Positions 16,192 to 25,876 of a stretch of DNA of 32,000 bases are shown here, one piece after another (the stretch's first letter is position 1; every line of letters begins with the position of its first letter). The notes below the pieces were generated by a model. It worked only from the letters and a program-made list of their open reading frames with translations. It did no database searches and had not been told where the DNA came from. Both the position numbers and the translations under genes were made by a program. The stretch comes from Pyrodictium abyssi (GTDB lineage: Archaea; Thermoproteota; Thermoprotei_A; Sulfolobales; Pyrodictiaceae): the NCBI RefSeq assembly GCF_036323395.1, contig NZ_AP028907.1, positions 1,950,001 to 1,982,000 on the forward strand. The letters are read 5' to 3'.

Positions 16192-17106
16192 TTGAACGAA
16201 GGTATAGCCATAGTAGGCTGCGGGCCAGTGGGGCTATTCCTGGCAGCTAGCATTGCGTCAGCAGGGTACAGGCCGAAGCTACTATGCCTCAGCGCTGATA
16301 GTGCTACGCTCCTTCTGCAGAGAGAGATACGTGTACACCATGGCGGGGGTGAAGCCAGGGCAAGGGTGTCGGTGGCCCATGTATCGGCGGCTAGAGGCGA
16401 GTATGACTACGTAGTAGTGGCGTCTAGGCTAAACAACATAGAGGAAGCGTTCAGCTCCGTTAAGGCCCTCTTGTCCCCTGAGGGCGGCGTGATACTGGTC
16501 CAGCCATCGCCTTATGTTCTCGAGCTCAGCGAAAGCCTAGGGGTAAAAGTGGCTGGCGTGATAGGCCTGTACACGTGTATAAGGAAGATAGGTGTTGGCG
16601 AGATAGAGTGGCCTGGGACGGGTGTTCTCCGCATTGCAGTGGCGGATCCCAGCGTGGACACTGTGAGGCGCATTGTCAGAGTCCCCGGCCTCCGGACGGA
16701 GGATAAGGGTGGGCTAGTGAAAGAGCTGCTATGGGACTACAGCATAGTTGCGGCAGCGCTCCAGCCCATATCAGCGGTGCTGGGCCTCCCGTATTCGAGG
16801 CTCTGGAGGCTACGTTATGCCCGCGAGCTAGCTACTCTGGTAGCAGGGGAGGCCGAGAGAATAGCAGAGAAGGCAGGCGTGAAGCTATGGAGGAGGGCGA
16901 ACGAAGCCCTCGAGGAGGCAGCGAGCGTTAGAGGGTGTATGCCAAGGATGCTCCAGGATGTTAATGAGCGCAGGGAGACGGAGGCAGACTACATACTAGG
17001 CTACTTCCTGAAACAGGCTATAAGATACGACGTCTATACACCGTACATGGACTCGGTATACCTAATGGTTAAGGCAGTCGAGGAAGGTATGAGGAACGTC
17101 GCCTAG
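16192..17106 (+). CDS. Ketopantoate reductase (ApbA/PanE)-like protein
   Basis: Rossmann 'EGIAIVGCGPVGLFLAASIASAGYRPKLL', 'YDYVVVASRLNNIEEAFSSVKALLSPEGGVILVQ'; TTG start inferred. Confidence 0.65.
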   Translation: MNEGIAIVGCGPVGLFLAASIASAGYRPKLLCLSADSATLLLQREIRVHHGGGEARARVSVAHVSAARGEYDYVVVASRLNNIEEAFSSVKALLSPEGGVILVQPSPYVLELSESLGVKVAGVIGLYTCIRKIGVGEIEWPGTGVLRIAVADPSVDTVRRIVRVPGLRTEDKGGLVKELLWDYSIVAAALQPISAVLGLPYSRLWRLRYARELATLVAGEAERIAEKAGVKLWRRANEALEEAASVRGCMPRMLQDVNERRETEADYILGYFLKQAIRYDVYTPYMDSVYLMVKAVEEGMRNVA

Positions 17107-17141
17107 ACGACATTTATGCTCGGTGCAGCGGTGTATAGGTA

Positions 17142-18497
17142 ATGGCTCTGAGGATCGGCAAGAGGCACGTCAAGGCTCTTATCGAGGTACTTGAGGTGTC
17201 AGAGAGGATAAAGCCATTCCAGGTTGTCAAGAGGAGGGTTTTCGCGAAGTATGGTATTCTCGGTACACGCTATGACAGTGTGTTCACAGCGGTAGTGTAC
17301 AAGATGTACCGTATGCAAGGCATACTAGACAAGATAGTGGCGAGTAGAGCGGCTATAGAGCCGTCAAGGCTTCCGGCAGCACTACGGCAGGCAGCAAGAC
17401 TAGCTGTAGTCCTGGCAATGTTCGACGATGTAGGCGACGAGGAGTTCAATAACACGGTGATAACCGGTGTTACGCGACTCCTTAGGGCGCGGTTCGGCGA
17501 CAAAGCAGAAACAGTGTCGAGCCTCTACCGGAGCCTCCTGAGAGAGCCATGGAAGCCCGGAGATAGGATAGAAGAGCTCGAGCTACGCTACCTCCTCCCC
17601 GGCTTGCTGATAAGGAGGCTAGAGAATATACTAGGCCGCGAGGAGCTCGAGCATTTTGCGAGGGCGGTGAATACCCGGAGGCCTATCCTAGGATTCCGTG
17701 TTAATAGGCTCAAGACAAGCGTAGACAAGGTTGTGCGGGCGCTCAGAGACCACGGGGTAGAAGCCTGGGAGAGCACTAGAGTGCCCTGGCATGTGAGGTA
17801 CCGTGGCCAGCTAGACTATAATAACTTCAAGCCGCTGCTAGCCGGCGAAGTAGTGCCACAGGACGAGGCAAGCGCTGCAGCCGGAGAGGTACTAGGCGCG
17901 AGGCCGGGCGAACTCATTGTAGATATGTGTGCAGCGCCCGGCGGGAAGACCACGCATCTGGCAGAGATAGCTCATAATAAAGCCAGGATAGTTGCTCTCG
18001 ACGTGTTTAGCGACCGTATGGAGAGGCTCCTGGACCTAGCTAGAAGGACCGGCACGATACCATCCATTGACCCCGTTATAGGTGACGCCCGGAAGGCGTC
18101 TCTCGCTCTGCGTCTCCACGCTGACCGCGTGCTGCTAGACCCTCCCTGCACCAGCACTGGCGCGTTAGCGAAGCATCCCGAAGCCCGCTGGAGGCTCACG
18201 GAGACAGCGATAAAGAAGCAGGTAGAGAGGCAGCGTGTCATGCTACTAGAGGCGGTTAGACTGCTCAAACCAGGTGGACTCCTACTCTATACCGTGTGCA
18301 GCGTTCTTCCCGAAGAGGGAGAGTACAATATACAATGGCTCCTAGACAGTAGGAGTGACATCGAACTAGTGCCGATTCAAGGCCCCTACGACGAGTCACC
18401 GATCCTACCAGGAACCATGAGGGCATGGCCACATAGGCACGAGACTACTGGATTCTTCTACGCATTGATACGCAAGCGGCCAGCTATAGGCTCCTAG
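17142..18497 (+). CDS. NOL1/NOP2/Sun-family RNA cytosine-C5 methyltransferase with N-terminal NusB-like domain
   Basis: 'VDMCAAPGGKTTHLAE', 'LDVFSDRMERL', 'LLDPPCTSTGALAKHPEARW', 'LLYTVCSVLPEEGE'. Confidence 0.93.
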   Translation: MALRIGKRHVKALIEVLEVSERIKPFQVVKRRVFAKYGILGTRYDSVFTAVVYKMYRMQGILDKIVASRAAIEPSRLPAALRQAARLAVVLAMFDDVGDEEFNNTVITGVTRLLRARFGDKAETVSSLYRSLLREPWKPGDRIEELELRYLLPGLLIRRLENILGREELEHFARAVNTRRPILGFRVNRLKTSVDKVVRALRDHGVEAWESTRVPWHVRYRGQLDYNNFKPLLAGEVVPQDEASAAAGEVLGARPGELIVDMCAAPGGKTTHLAEIAHNKARIVALDVFSDRMERLLDLARRTGTIPSIDPVIGDARKASLALRLHADRVLLDPPCTSTGALAKHPEARWRLTETAIKKQVERQRVMLLEAVRLLKPGGLLLYTVCSVLPEEGEYNIQWLLDSRSDIELVPIQGPYDESPILPGTMRAWPHRHETTGFFYALIRKRPAIGS

Positions 18498-18556
18498 CGG
18501 TGTAGGCATATACCCCTAGCCGGGGAGAGCTGCATACTGCAGGGTACTGGGGAGCA

Positions 18557-19150
18557 TTGACGACGCAGCAGGCATGCCTAGTAGCAGTAGGCTCTACTAA
18601 CCCCGTTAAGGTGAACGCTGTAAGGCGTGCAATAAGGCTGCTATGCCTAGCCGACGTGCAGGGAGTAGAAGTAGATAGTGGTGTGCCGTCACAGCCACTC
18701 GGCGCCCATGAGATAGTCCTAGGGGCTGTAAACCGGGCGGTAAACGCTCTAAGAAAGCTAGACGCCGACTACGGTGTAGGCGTAGAGGCGGGTGTGGTAG
18801 AGACTGGTATAGAGCCGCTAGAGCTACAGGCAGCGGCCATAGTGGACCGGGAGGGCTACGTGACAGTCGGGCTGAGCCAGGCTTTCCCGCTTCCCCGTGA
18901 CTGGATAAGCGAGCGGAATAACAGAGTAGAGCTGGGAACTATCGCCGCAAGAATAACTGGGCGCAAGGGTATCGGGGAGAAGCTGGGCCTCATAGGCTAC
19001 CTTACAGCAGGCCTTGTAACCCGGACAGACCTCGCATACAATGCCGTGGTGATGGCACTAGTCCCCAGGCTGAACCCGAGCCTATACAAGAGCCTCCCGC
19101 GCATAGACGAGATAATCGAGAAGCTAAGAAGGGAAAAGCAGAGCTTATAG
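18557..19150 (+). CDS. Inosine/xanthosine triphosphatase (DUF84/YjjX-like)
   Basis: 'VAVGSTNPVKVNAVRRA', 'VPSQPLGAHEIVLGAVNRA', 'YGVGVEAGVVE', 'ELGTIAARITGRK'. Confidence 0.88.
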   Translation: MTTQQACLVAVGSTNPVKVNAVRRAIRLLCLADVQGVEVDSGVPSQPLGAHEIVLGAVNRAVNALRKLDADYGVGVEAGVVETGIEPLELQAAAIVDREGYVTVGLSQAFPLPRDWISERNNRVELGTIAARITGRKGIGEKLGLIGYLTAGLVTRTDLAYNAVVMALVPRLNPSLYKSLPRIDEIIEKLRREKQSL

Positions 19151-19193
19151 CCAGGCAAGCCCTGGTGGCATTACCGCCGGGGGCGAAGGCTAG

Positions 19194-19589
19194 ATGGGCG
19201 TATACCAGGGTAACGACCTCAAGAAGCCCACTGGAGGCAGAAAGTGGCCACACCAGAAGGTAAAGAGGAAGTACTGGATGGGCAGGTACCCCACTCACAC
19301 AAGGCTAGCGGACAAGGAGGTACGCCAGCTGATAAGAGTACGTGGAGGCAACTACAAGGTAAGGCTAAAGCGCGCAGTATACGCTAACGTAGTCGACCCT
19401 GAGACAAAGACCGCCAAGAAGGTGAAGATACTACGCGTTTTAGAGACGCCTGCAAACCCCCACTATGCACGCGCCAACATAATAACCAAGGGGACTATCA
19501 TAGAGACTGAGCTCGGCAAGGCCGTCGTAACCTCCCGCCCAGGCCAGGATGGCGTCATAAACGCTGTACTAGTGGAAAAGAAGCAGTAA
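19194..19589 (+). CDS. rps8e: 30S ribosomal protein S8e
   Basis: '[38 protein letters not shown]', '[13 protein letters not shown]', '[40 protein letters not shown]'. Confidence 0.97.
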   Translation: MGVYQGNDLKKPTGGRKWPHQKVKRKYWMGRYPTHTRLADKEVRQLIRVRGGNYKVRLKRAVYANVVDPETKTAKKVKILRVLETPANPHYARANIITKGTIIETELGKAVVTSRPGQDGVINAVLVEKKQ

Positions 19590-19632
19590 AGCGCTAGACT
19601 AAATCCAATAGGATATTTTACAAAGTCGTTTC

Positions 19633-20805
19633 TCACCGTGGGAGCATACTGGCGAGCCTCTTCAGCCTATCCAATGCTCTCTTTCGGCTCTTCTCGTCAA
19701 GCCTAGCCTCCTCAACTACCTTCTCAAGGAACTCTATCACTTTCTCGGCATAGTCTCGGCGGAACGGGTACGGAACACCGTCCTTTCCTCCAGCTATGTA
19801 TGCGTACCTGAATGGGTCGATGGGGGTATTCGCTGGATCCCTGTGGCTTACGGGGACGCCGTATATTATCTCGGCTACGAGCGCCAGGCTGCGCAGCGTG
19901 GCGGGCCCGACACCCTCGACCAGTATGAGTTCTTCTATATTTCTGGGCGAGACTTCGTGGACCTTGTTTAGAACCTTCTCTATGTGGCGAGGAGGCCTGC
20001 TCTGCGGACGATAGTACCTAGCATACATCCTCAAGGCTTCGAGGGAGCTTGTAGGCCTGTTCGCCTGGAATGATGAGAGAGGCACGACCCCCTTTACCAG
20101 GGTGTACGCTTGGCGTATCTGGTGCAAGAGCTTACGGGGGTTCTCGCGTACAAGGTCAAGTATAGTGCTGCGAGCCTCGCTACTAGCTCGGCTCGTCATA
20201 TCTATTACAAAGTTCTCTCTTTTGATAGAGGCTATCGCTTTGTGGGGCTCCAGTGTTGGTATAGGAGGCAGAGGCTTCGCCCAGTGGTAGCGTCTTGCAA
20301 GCCTTGCCTCTAGGTTCATTCCCTGCTGTATTATAGTCCACTTGCCAGTACTAGACACTATGACCGCGTGATGGTACAACTGGTATCCGTCCTGAAGCAG
20401 CACAGAATCAGTCTTGGCCGAGAGTTTCGAGACGAGTTTAAGCTCCTCAACGGCCGAGGAAGGCATGTTGAACGTCTCGGCTATACTCTCTATCTCGCGG
20501 GGCGCCTCCCTAGCTTTCTCGCCCTTGCCACCGGCTACGGCTATGCCCAGGCCGGGATCCTCCATAGCTACCTGTTTCACTATGCCAATAGTCACTGTAG
20601 TGGAGCCACTGCTGTCCCAATCCATGCCAATAGCGTTGTTAAATGCCTGGAACCATATAGGGTCTGAAAACCACTCGACAACCCTATCCGGCCCATGAAT
20701 CTCAACCATCACAGAGAGCATAGCCTTGGCTAGCCTCTTCATGTAGCGCGCAAGCCATGCAGGTACATGGCCGTCATGGAGAGGCAGTTCAGCTATGCCC
20801 TGCAT
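19633..20805 (-). CDS. DUF763 family protein
   Basis: 'MQGIAELPLHDGHVPAWLARYMKRLAKAML', 'DPIWFQAFNNAIGMDWDSSGSTTVTIGIVKQ'; ATG 20805 preferred over the track start. Confidence 0.88.
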   Translation of the reverse strand: MQGIAELPLHDGHVPAWLARYMKRLAKAMLSVMVEIHGPDRVVEWFSDPIWFQAFNNAIGMDWDSSGSTTVTIGIVKQVAMEDPGLGIAVAGGKGEKAREAPREIESIAETFNMPSSAVEELKLVSKLSAKTDSVLLQDGYQLYHHAVIVSSTGKWTIIQQGMNLEARLARRYHWAKPLPPIPTLEPHKAIASIKRENFVIDMTSRASSEARSTILDLVRENPRKLLHQIRQAYTLVKGVVPLSSFQANRPTSSLEALRMYARYYRPQSRPPRHIEKVLNKVHEVSPRNIEELILVEGVGPATLRSLALVAEIIYGVPVSHRDPANTPIDPFRYAYIAGGKDGVPYPFRRDYAEKVIEFLEKVVEEARLDEKSRKRALDRLKRLASMLPR

Positions 20806-20875
20806 CCCCGCACTACCCGGGGCTCGGCCTACTGGTACAGTATTTGGCGCCCTGGAGTACATACCCCTTCGCTAT

Positions 20876-22003
20876 TCACCACAGTATAGAGGGGAACCTG
20901 CTCAATACTCTAGCACCTTTGCGTGTAACTAGAACCAGCTCCTCTATCCTCACGCCGAACTTCCCAGGAATATAGACGCCAGGCTCTACAGTTACCACCA
21001 TTCCCTCACGAAGCTCTACATCGCTCCTGTAGGATATGCGTGGCTTCTCGTGAACCTCTATGCCTACTCCGTGGCCGAGACTGTGTATAAAGTACTTGTC
21101 AAGACCGTTCGACGCTAGCACACGGCGCGCCGCCTCATAGACCTCGTGTGCCGAGACACCGGGTCTGATAGCGTCTATAGCCGTGTATACAGCTTCGTGT
21201 ACGGCCTCCGCTACTTTCCTAAACTCTGTGGTGGCCCCGTCCATAAGGGTCCTGGTTATGTCGCTGCAGTATCCCTTGTATACGGCGCCAAGATCTATGA
21301 GCACGGGCTGTGGCTTGTAGCCTAGTACTCGGCGCGGAGAGGGCTCTGCATGTGGATACACAGTGTTCTCGCCAAATGCTACTATCGTTGGGAAGGCGTG
21401 GTCTATGGCGCCTCTCCGCCTCATCTCATACTCGATGATAGCTGCTATCTCCGCCTCACTCATGTCAGCTTCAAGGCTAGATATGGCTGTGTTAAGCGCT
21501 GCCTCCGCTATCTCGGTTGCCACCTCTATGCGCTCTATCTCCCATGGCTCCTTAGTAGCCCTCATATCCTCCACAGCCCCAGATACGTCCTCCACGGTGA
21601 ATGATTTCTCGAGCTTCTTCACAAGGGTTATGGAATCTGTTTCGACGAGTAGCTTGCAGCCATCCTGAAACATGGATGATATGACGTCGCTTGCTCTACC
21701 AGTAACCAGCTTATAGTCGTCTGTGGCATCCAGTGCAAGCCCGCCAGGAAGCCCATAAGGTGTAAAGGCTACGACATCCAGATAGCCCTCTAGTGCTTCC
21801 TCGGTTAGAGCCTTCTTAGCGCGTAGGAACTCTAGCGCAGGGACGAGTAATGTAAACGAATCGTCAGCAATACTGTAGACCAGGTAGCCCGGGCCCCGGA
21901 ACCCAGTAAAGTAGAATACACTAGCCTCAGTGGACACGACGATTCCGCACGCGTTTCTCTGCTCGGCTAGACTCCTAAGCTTCTGGAGCAGCGCATGACG
22001 CAT
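20876..22003 (-). CDS. Xaa-Pro aminopeptidase/prolidase family (M24) peptidase
   Basis: 'VLIDLGAVYKGYCSDITRT', 'HSLGHGVGIEVHEKPRIS', 'MVVTVEPGVYIPGKFGVRIEELVLVT'. Confidence 0.93.
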   Translation of the reverse strand: MRHALLQKLRSLAEQRNACGIVVSTEASVFYFTGFRGPGYLVYSIADDSFTLLVPALEFLRAKKALTEEALEGYLDVVAFTPYGLPGGLALDATDDYKLVTGRASDVISSMFQDGCKLLVETDSITLVKKLEKSFTVEDVSGAVEDMRATKEPWEIERIEVATEIAEAALNTAISSLEADMSEAEIAAIIEYEMRRRGAIDHAFPTIVAFGENTVYPHAEPSPRRVLGYKPQPVLIDLGAVYKGYCSDITRTLMDGATTEFRKVAEAVHEAVYTAIDAIRPGVSAHEVYEAARRVLASNGLDKYFIHSLGHGVGIEVHEKPRISYRSDVELREGMVVTVEPGVYIPGKFGVRIEELVLVTRKGARVLSRFPSILW

Positions 22004-22075
22004 AGCTGGTGCACCCTAGACTAGCAGCTGTGCCTTCTCCCGCCGGACAACTTGTATCACCCCGGTACATGGAAA

Positions 22076-22624
22076 TTAAGAGCTTCCGCGAGCCCTATAC
22101 CCGCAGAGCCTCTCTAGCAGCTCTTCTACCGAATCGAAGTATTCGATGCAGCGTCCTATGCGGTCATCTACTACGCCGTCTCTGAAGCAGTTGGCAAACT
22201 TGTCGGTTGGCAGGCCAGACCCCTTGAGGAAGAACACTGGTACCCCATAGCTACACGCTATGAAAACCTCGAATAGCGTCCCTATAGCGCCCCCAAGAGC
22301 CACTACCACGTCGCCACTGCGTACGAGGATGCTACTCCTTTCACGGGTATCCAGGCCAGTCCTAACAACTATGGAGCCCTCAGGGTAGACATCCCCCTCG
22401 TAGCCTCGTGGGATCACGAACACTATGGGGAGCCCGGCATCTCTCGCAGCATCAGCTACTTCGCGCATGAGACCACGGTATCCGCCAAGCAGCACAACTG
22501 AGCCAGGACGACAAGCCCCAAGGCCATGTACCAGGCGGCGTGCTTGCTGGCGCAGCTCTTCTGGCGCGTTGCCGCTATAGGCGGCTATGACAACTTGCAG
22601 AGGCATGACACCCAGCCCCGGCAT
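22076..22624 (-). CDS. SLOG/LOG-like (TIGR00725-type) Rossmann protein
   Basis: 'VVLLGGYRGLMREVADAARDAG', 'RSSILVRSGDVVVALGGAIGTLFEVFIACSYGVPVFFL'. Confidence 0.82.
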   Translation of the reverse strand: MPGLGVMPLQVVIAAYSGNAPEELRQQARRLVHGLGACRPGSVVLLGGYRGLMREVADAARDAGLPIVFVIPRGYEGDVYPEGSIVVRTGLDTRERSSILVRSGDVVVALGGAIGTLFEVFIACSYGVPVFFLKGSGLPTDKFANCFRDGVVDDRIGRCIEYFDSVEELLERLCGYRARGSS

Positions 22625-22730
22625 ATCCGCTACAGCCAGCCAGGGGTATAGATAGTCCCTAGTCCTGGAGTGTAGCCTAAGAAACCCCGGGGCCTTAGGC
22701 GGAGAAGATTCTAACCCGGGATACTACGCG

Positions 22731-23456
22731 TTGGGCATACTGTCGGAACAGCTGCTACACCCGGTAGACGTTGTAGTAGACAGCCGTGAAGCATCAAAAA
22801 ACAAGGATATCGTCGATGAGCTGAGACGTAAAGGGCTACGCGTTGCTATACAAGCCCTAGAAGCTGGAGACTACTACCTACTCGCCAGGGATCACCGTAG
22901 GGCCCTTCTAGTAGAGCGTAAAACGGTCACAGATTTCGCCAACAGTATACGTGACAACCGTATATGGGAACAAGCAAAACTCCTAAGAGAAGCAGCACAG
23001 AAGGAGGGCGTAAAGCCGCTAATAATACTAGAAGGCTGGCTCGGCGTAATAGAGAAGCGTACGAGATGGAACATAGCGGCACTCCTAAGGATACTCGACG
23101 AACTGGTACTGGACTGGGGCATACCAGTTATACCGACGCACAACAAGAGAGCCACAGTAGCCTGGCTCGCTGCAAAAGCTAAGAGCCTAGGCAAAACGGA
23201 AGAGAAACGCGTCATACGACTGCGTGTCGAGAAAAAGCCGCTTACACTAAACGAGCGCATACTATACGTGGCGGAGGGCCTCGTGGGGCCAACACTAGCC
23301 CGCCGCCTCCTCGAGAAGTTTGGAACGCTTCGGAGGATAGCAAACGCGAGTATACAAGAGCTTATGACCGTAGATGGTATAGGAGAGAAGCGTGCAAAGG
23401 AAATATACGCGATATTCAACACGACATGGGAGCCTAACGACAAGGACGAGATGTAG
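22731..23456 (+). CDS. xpf: XPF/ERCC4-family endonuclease (short crenarchaeal form)
   Basis: 'VVDSREASKNKDIVDEL', 'LLVERKTVTDFANSI', C-terminal HhH2 'FGTLRRIANASIQELMTVDGIGEKRAKEIYAIF'; TTG start. Confidence 0.93.
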   Translation: MGILSEQLLHPVDVVVDSREASKNKDIVDELRRKGLRVAIQALEAGDYYLLARDHRRALLVERKTVTDFANSIRDNRIWEQAKLLREAAQKEGVKPLIILEGWLGVIEKRTRWNIAALLRILDELVLDWGIPVIPTHNKRATVAWLAAKAKSLGKTEEKRVIRLRVEKKPLTLNERILYVAEGLVGPTLARRLLEKFGTLRRIANASIQELMTVDGIGEKRAKEIYAIFNTTWEPNDKDEM

Positions 23457-23589
23457 TGGCACAGCACTACCGGAGGCAATGGCGTATGATTACTATGCGG
23501 CATAAGAAGGGTTATTTCCTGTTACGCGATGCACTCGTTGTCCTCGGATCTCCTGTTAACTAGTAATTAAACTGCCGCGGAATAGCCGA

Positions 23590-23631
23590 CCCCGGCAAAA
23601 ACCCGGTCCTGTAGCCCCGGTAAAAACAGGA
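23590..23631 (-). terminator. Probable tandem T-rich terminator of the ferredoxin gene
   Basis: Minus strand reads TCCTGTTTTTACCGGGGCTACAGGACCGGGTTTTTGCCGGGG directly after the stop: two T5 tracts, each followed by CGGGG-type sequence. Confidence 0.4.
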
Positions 23632-23642
23632 TGTATGCAGCC

Positions 23643-23885
23643 TTACTTCTCCTCGAAGTGGATGATGCTCACAGGGCAGGCCTCGGAGGCGGAAGCTACA
23701 CAGTCCTTAAGGTCAGCGGGCACAAGGCCCTCGGCAGGGTTGTCGTCTACACGCCACTTAGACACTATCTGGGCCTTGCCATCCTCCTCGCTCATCTCGA
23801 AGACATCGGGACAAAGGCTTACACACACCATATCAGCTATGCACTGTTCACGGTCAATCCATACACGTATCTTAGCTTCGGCCAC
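23643..23885 (-). CDS. Ferredoxin with a single predicted cluster
   Basis: 'CIADMVCVSLCPDVFEM...ACPVSIIHF'. Confidence 0.92.
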   Translation of the reverse strand: MAEAKIRVWIDREQCIADMVCVSLCPDVFEMSEEDGKAQIVSKWRVDDNPAEGLVPADLKDCVASASEACPVSIIHFEEK

Positions 23886-24015
23886 GAGCGTTCACCGTTT
23901 CCAGGGTGGTCACACAAGGGAGCTTTTAATGCTTATCCGGCCTCATTCAGCCAGTTATAGCAGCTAGGAGGACCTTGGAGTCCTCCATTTTGAAATGGTG
24001 TCGCATGGCGGCCTG

Positions 24016-24591
24016 CTAGCTAGTATCGCTACAAATGCCGGGACGAAGCACATACAATACACCATCATCTGCACTAACCTGGAGACCACAGTCCCTATGC
24101 ACGCAGTAGGCTACTAGGGCAGCTACAAGTGCGTCCATCTCGTGTCTAGACATGTCTGAAGGAGGGTGTAGGCCGAACAAGCTATACAACTCATGGTAGG
24201 TGCTGCACTTGCCTACTCTCAGCACGCTTGTTGGGTGGGTCTCGATAACGGTGATTCCATGCTTGTCTAAGACCTTGCGTAGCTCGTTAGCTCTCTCGGC
24301 TAGGCGCCTCATAGGCTCCATAGTTAATGGGAGTAGACGGCCACCAATGGATAGAAGCTTTCGCTCCACATGTCGAAAGCCGTGTCCTGGAGGAGGCAGT
24401 GATAATGGCGCGTCAATGGCAGCTACGGACACGTTGTGCTCGAGTAGGAGCTGAGTTATCTCGTCATCGTGATAAAGCTCTGAAACGGCGGCCAAGGATG
24501 GAAGTTCTCTAGACTCTAGGGCGCAGATTATGGCAACACCAGTAGGCTTCCTTGGCAATGCTGCTAAGTCTACTCCTGCAAAGCAGGGCAT
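24016..24591 (-). CDS. DUF429-like (RNase H-fold) protein
   Basis: 'FAGVDLAALPRKPTGVAII', 'VAAIDAPLSLP', 'VIETHPTSVLR', 'HEMDALVAALVAY'. Confidence 0.78.
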   Translation of the reverse strand: MPCFAGVDLAALPRKPTGVAIICALESRELPSLAAVSELYHDDEITQLLLEHNVSVAAIDAPLSLPPPGHGFRHVERKLLSIGGRLLPLTMEPMRRLAERANELRKVLDKHGITVIETHPTSVLRVGKCSTYHELYSLFGLHPPSDMSRHEMDALVAALVAYCVHRDCGLQVSADDGVLYVLRPGICSDTS

Positions 24592-25568
24592 CCTCCTAGC
24601 TCCTCCAGCGCGCGCTCGATAAGCTGTCTAGCGTAGTGCAGCCTTGCGCGTGGCCAGAAGAAGGCTAGAACCCGGTAGCGGAGAGGCATATTGAGAGGCG
24701 CGCCAGCAGCACGCGGGTGACCGCCACCGCCTAGCCTAGCAGCTATCTCCCTTACATTTACGCTACGGGAGCGCAGGCTTAGGCCGCGCCCCTTACGCCT
24801 AATGATTACCGCTACGTCGGCCGAATAGCGGTCCAGGAGGCTGTTACCCAGTATACTAGCGTTAGGCGGGCCAGGGCGTTTGAGCACAAACACTACACGG
24901 CAGCCACGTATGGTGGCGAGAACCACGTTCCTTAGGGCGTCGTTAAACCCGGTAAACTCTTTCTCGAGATACTCGTTGAGGGCCTCGTCTAGCTCAGGCC
25001 ACCAGAAGCTACCCTCCCAGAAGCCGCGTAGTATCGTGCGCTTCCACTTGTCCCCCTTGCCGCCACGATAACGGTCTACGACACGGTACAGCTTCGGGGC
25101 TAGAGGGTCGTCCCACTTCCATAGGTCGGCTGCACATGTGGCCTTCACTAGTCTTGCTATAAACTCGTCAGGTTCAGCGTCCAGCTCGCCCGGGGCATAC
25201 TTAGCAACAACACCAGCTCCGCATGTCGTGGTATCTATGTACATCTTTGCTCCCAGCGAGCGGAGCTTCTCCACCCACTCCGGCCTCCAGCGGTGATGAT
25301 CATACCATTCTACCGTGATGCCCCGCTGCCTTAGCTCGGTGATGGTCTCCACTATGCTATCGAATGTCCCGGTGTTAGGCCCTAGATCCATTATGGCTAC
25401 TCTCTCCACGTTGCCCACATCGGCTAGGACGCGGTGCAGCTTGTAGGGCTCCGCGAACATGATAGCTGCGTCTACGTCGGGCTCGGCGCCAGCGAGCCGC
25501 AGATATATGGCGGCAGCAGCTATACCGTCTAGATCAGTGTGTGTTACTACAGCATACCGGTGCGTCAA
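24570..25568 (-). CDS. DHH-family phosphoesterase
   Basis: 'VVTHTDLDGIAAAAI', 'VAIMDLGPN', 'VEWYDHHRW', 'GGGGHPRAAGAPL'-like 'RLGGGGHPRAAGAPLN'. Confidence 0.9.
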   Translation of the reverse strand: MTHRYAVVTHTDLDGIAAAAIYLRLAGAEPDVDAAIMFAEPYKLHRVLADVGNVERVAIMDLGPNTGTFDSIVETITELRQRGITVEWYDHHRWRPEWVEKLRSLGAKMYIDTTTCGAGVVAKYAPGELDAEPDEFIARLVKATCAADLWKWDDPLAPKLYRVVDRYRGGKGDKWKRTILRGFWEGSFWWPELDEALNEYLEKEFTGFNDALRNVVLATIRGCRVVFVLKRPGPPNASILGNSLLDRYSADVAVIIRRKGRGLSLRSRSVNVREIAARLGGGGHPRAAGAPLNMPLRYRVLAFFWPRARLHYARQLIERALEELGGCPALQE

Positions 25569-25876
25569 GCCCCTCTTACCCCAGCGCTGCAGTAGCCGCT
25601 AACCCGCTAGCACCCCTATAGGTGTTTAACCCGCGTAGACGCAGCCTGGAGCAGCACTGCCCCCGGAGGATTCCTGTTACAAGGGGAGGGGCCTCAGCGA
25701 CGCCGACCCAGCTCATAGCCCCAAGGCTGCAAGGAAAGGGGCTCACGCCGGTGTCTATCCTCACTGGCCCCTCTTGCCAGACTAGGCTAGGGAATCCCCG
25801 TGTCCTAATATAGTATCGATGTATACCAGAGAGGCCAGTGGGCCAGAGAGCCCCGTAAAAAGGGTGTGCAAGAGCC

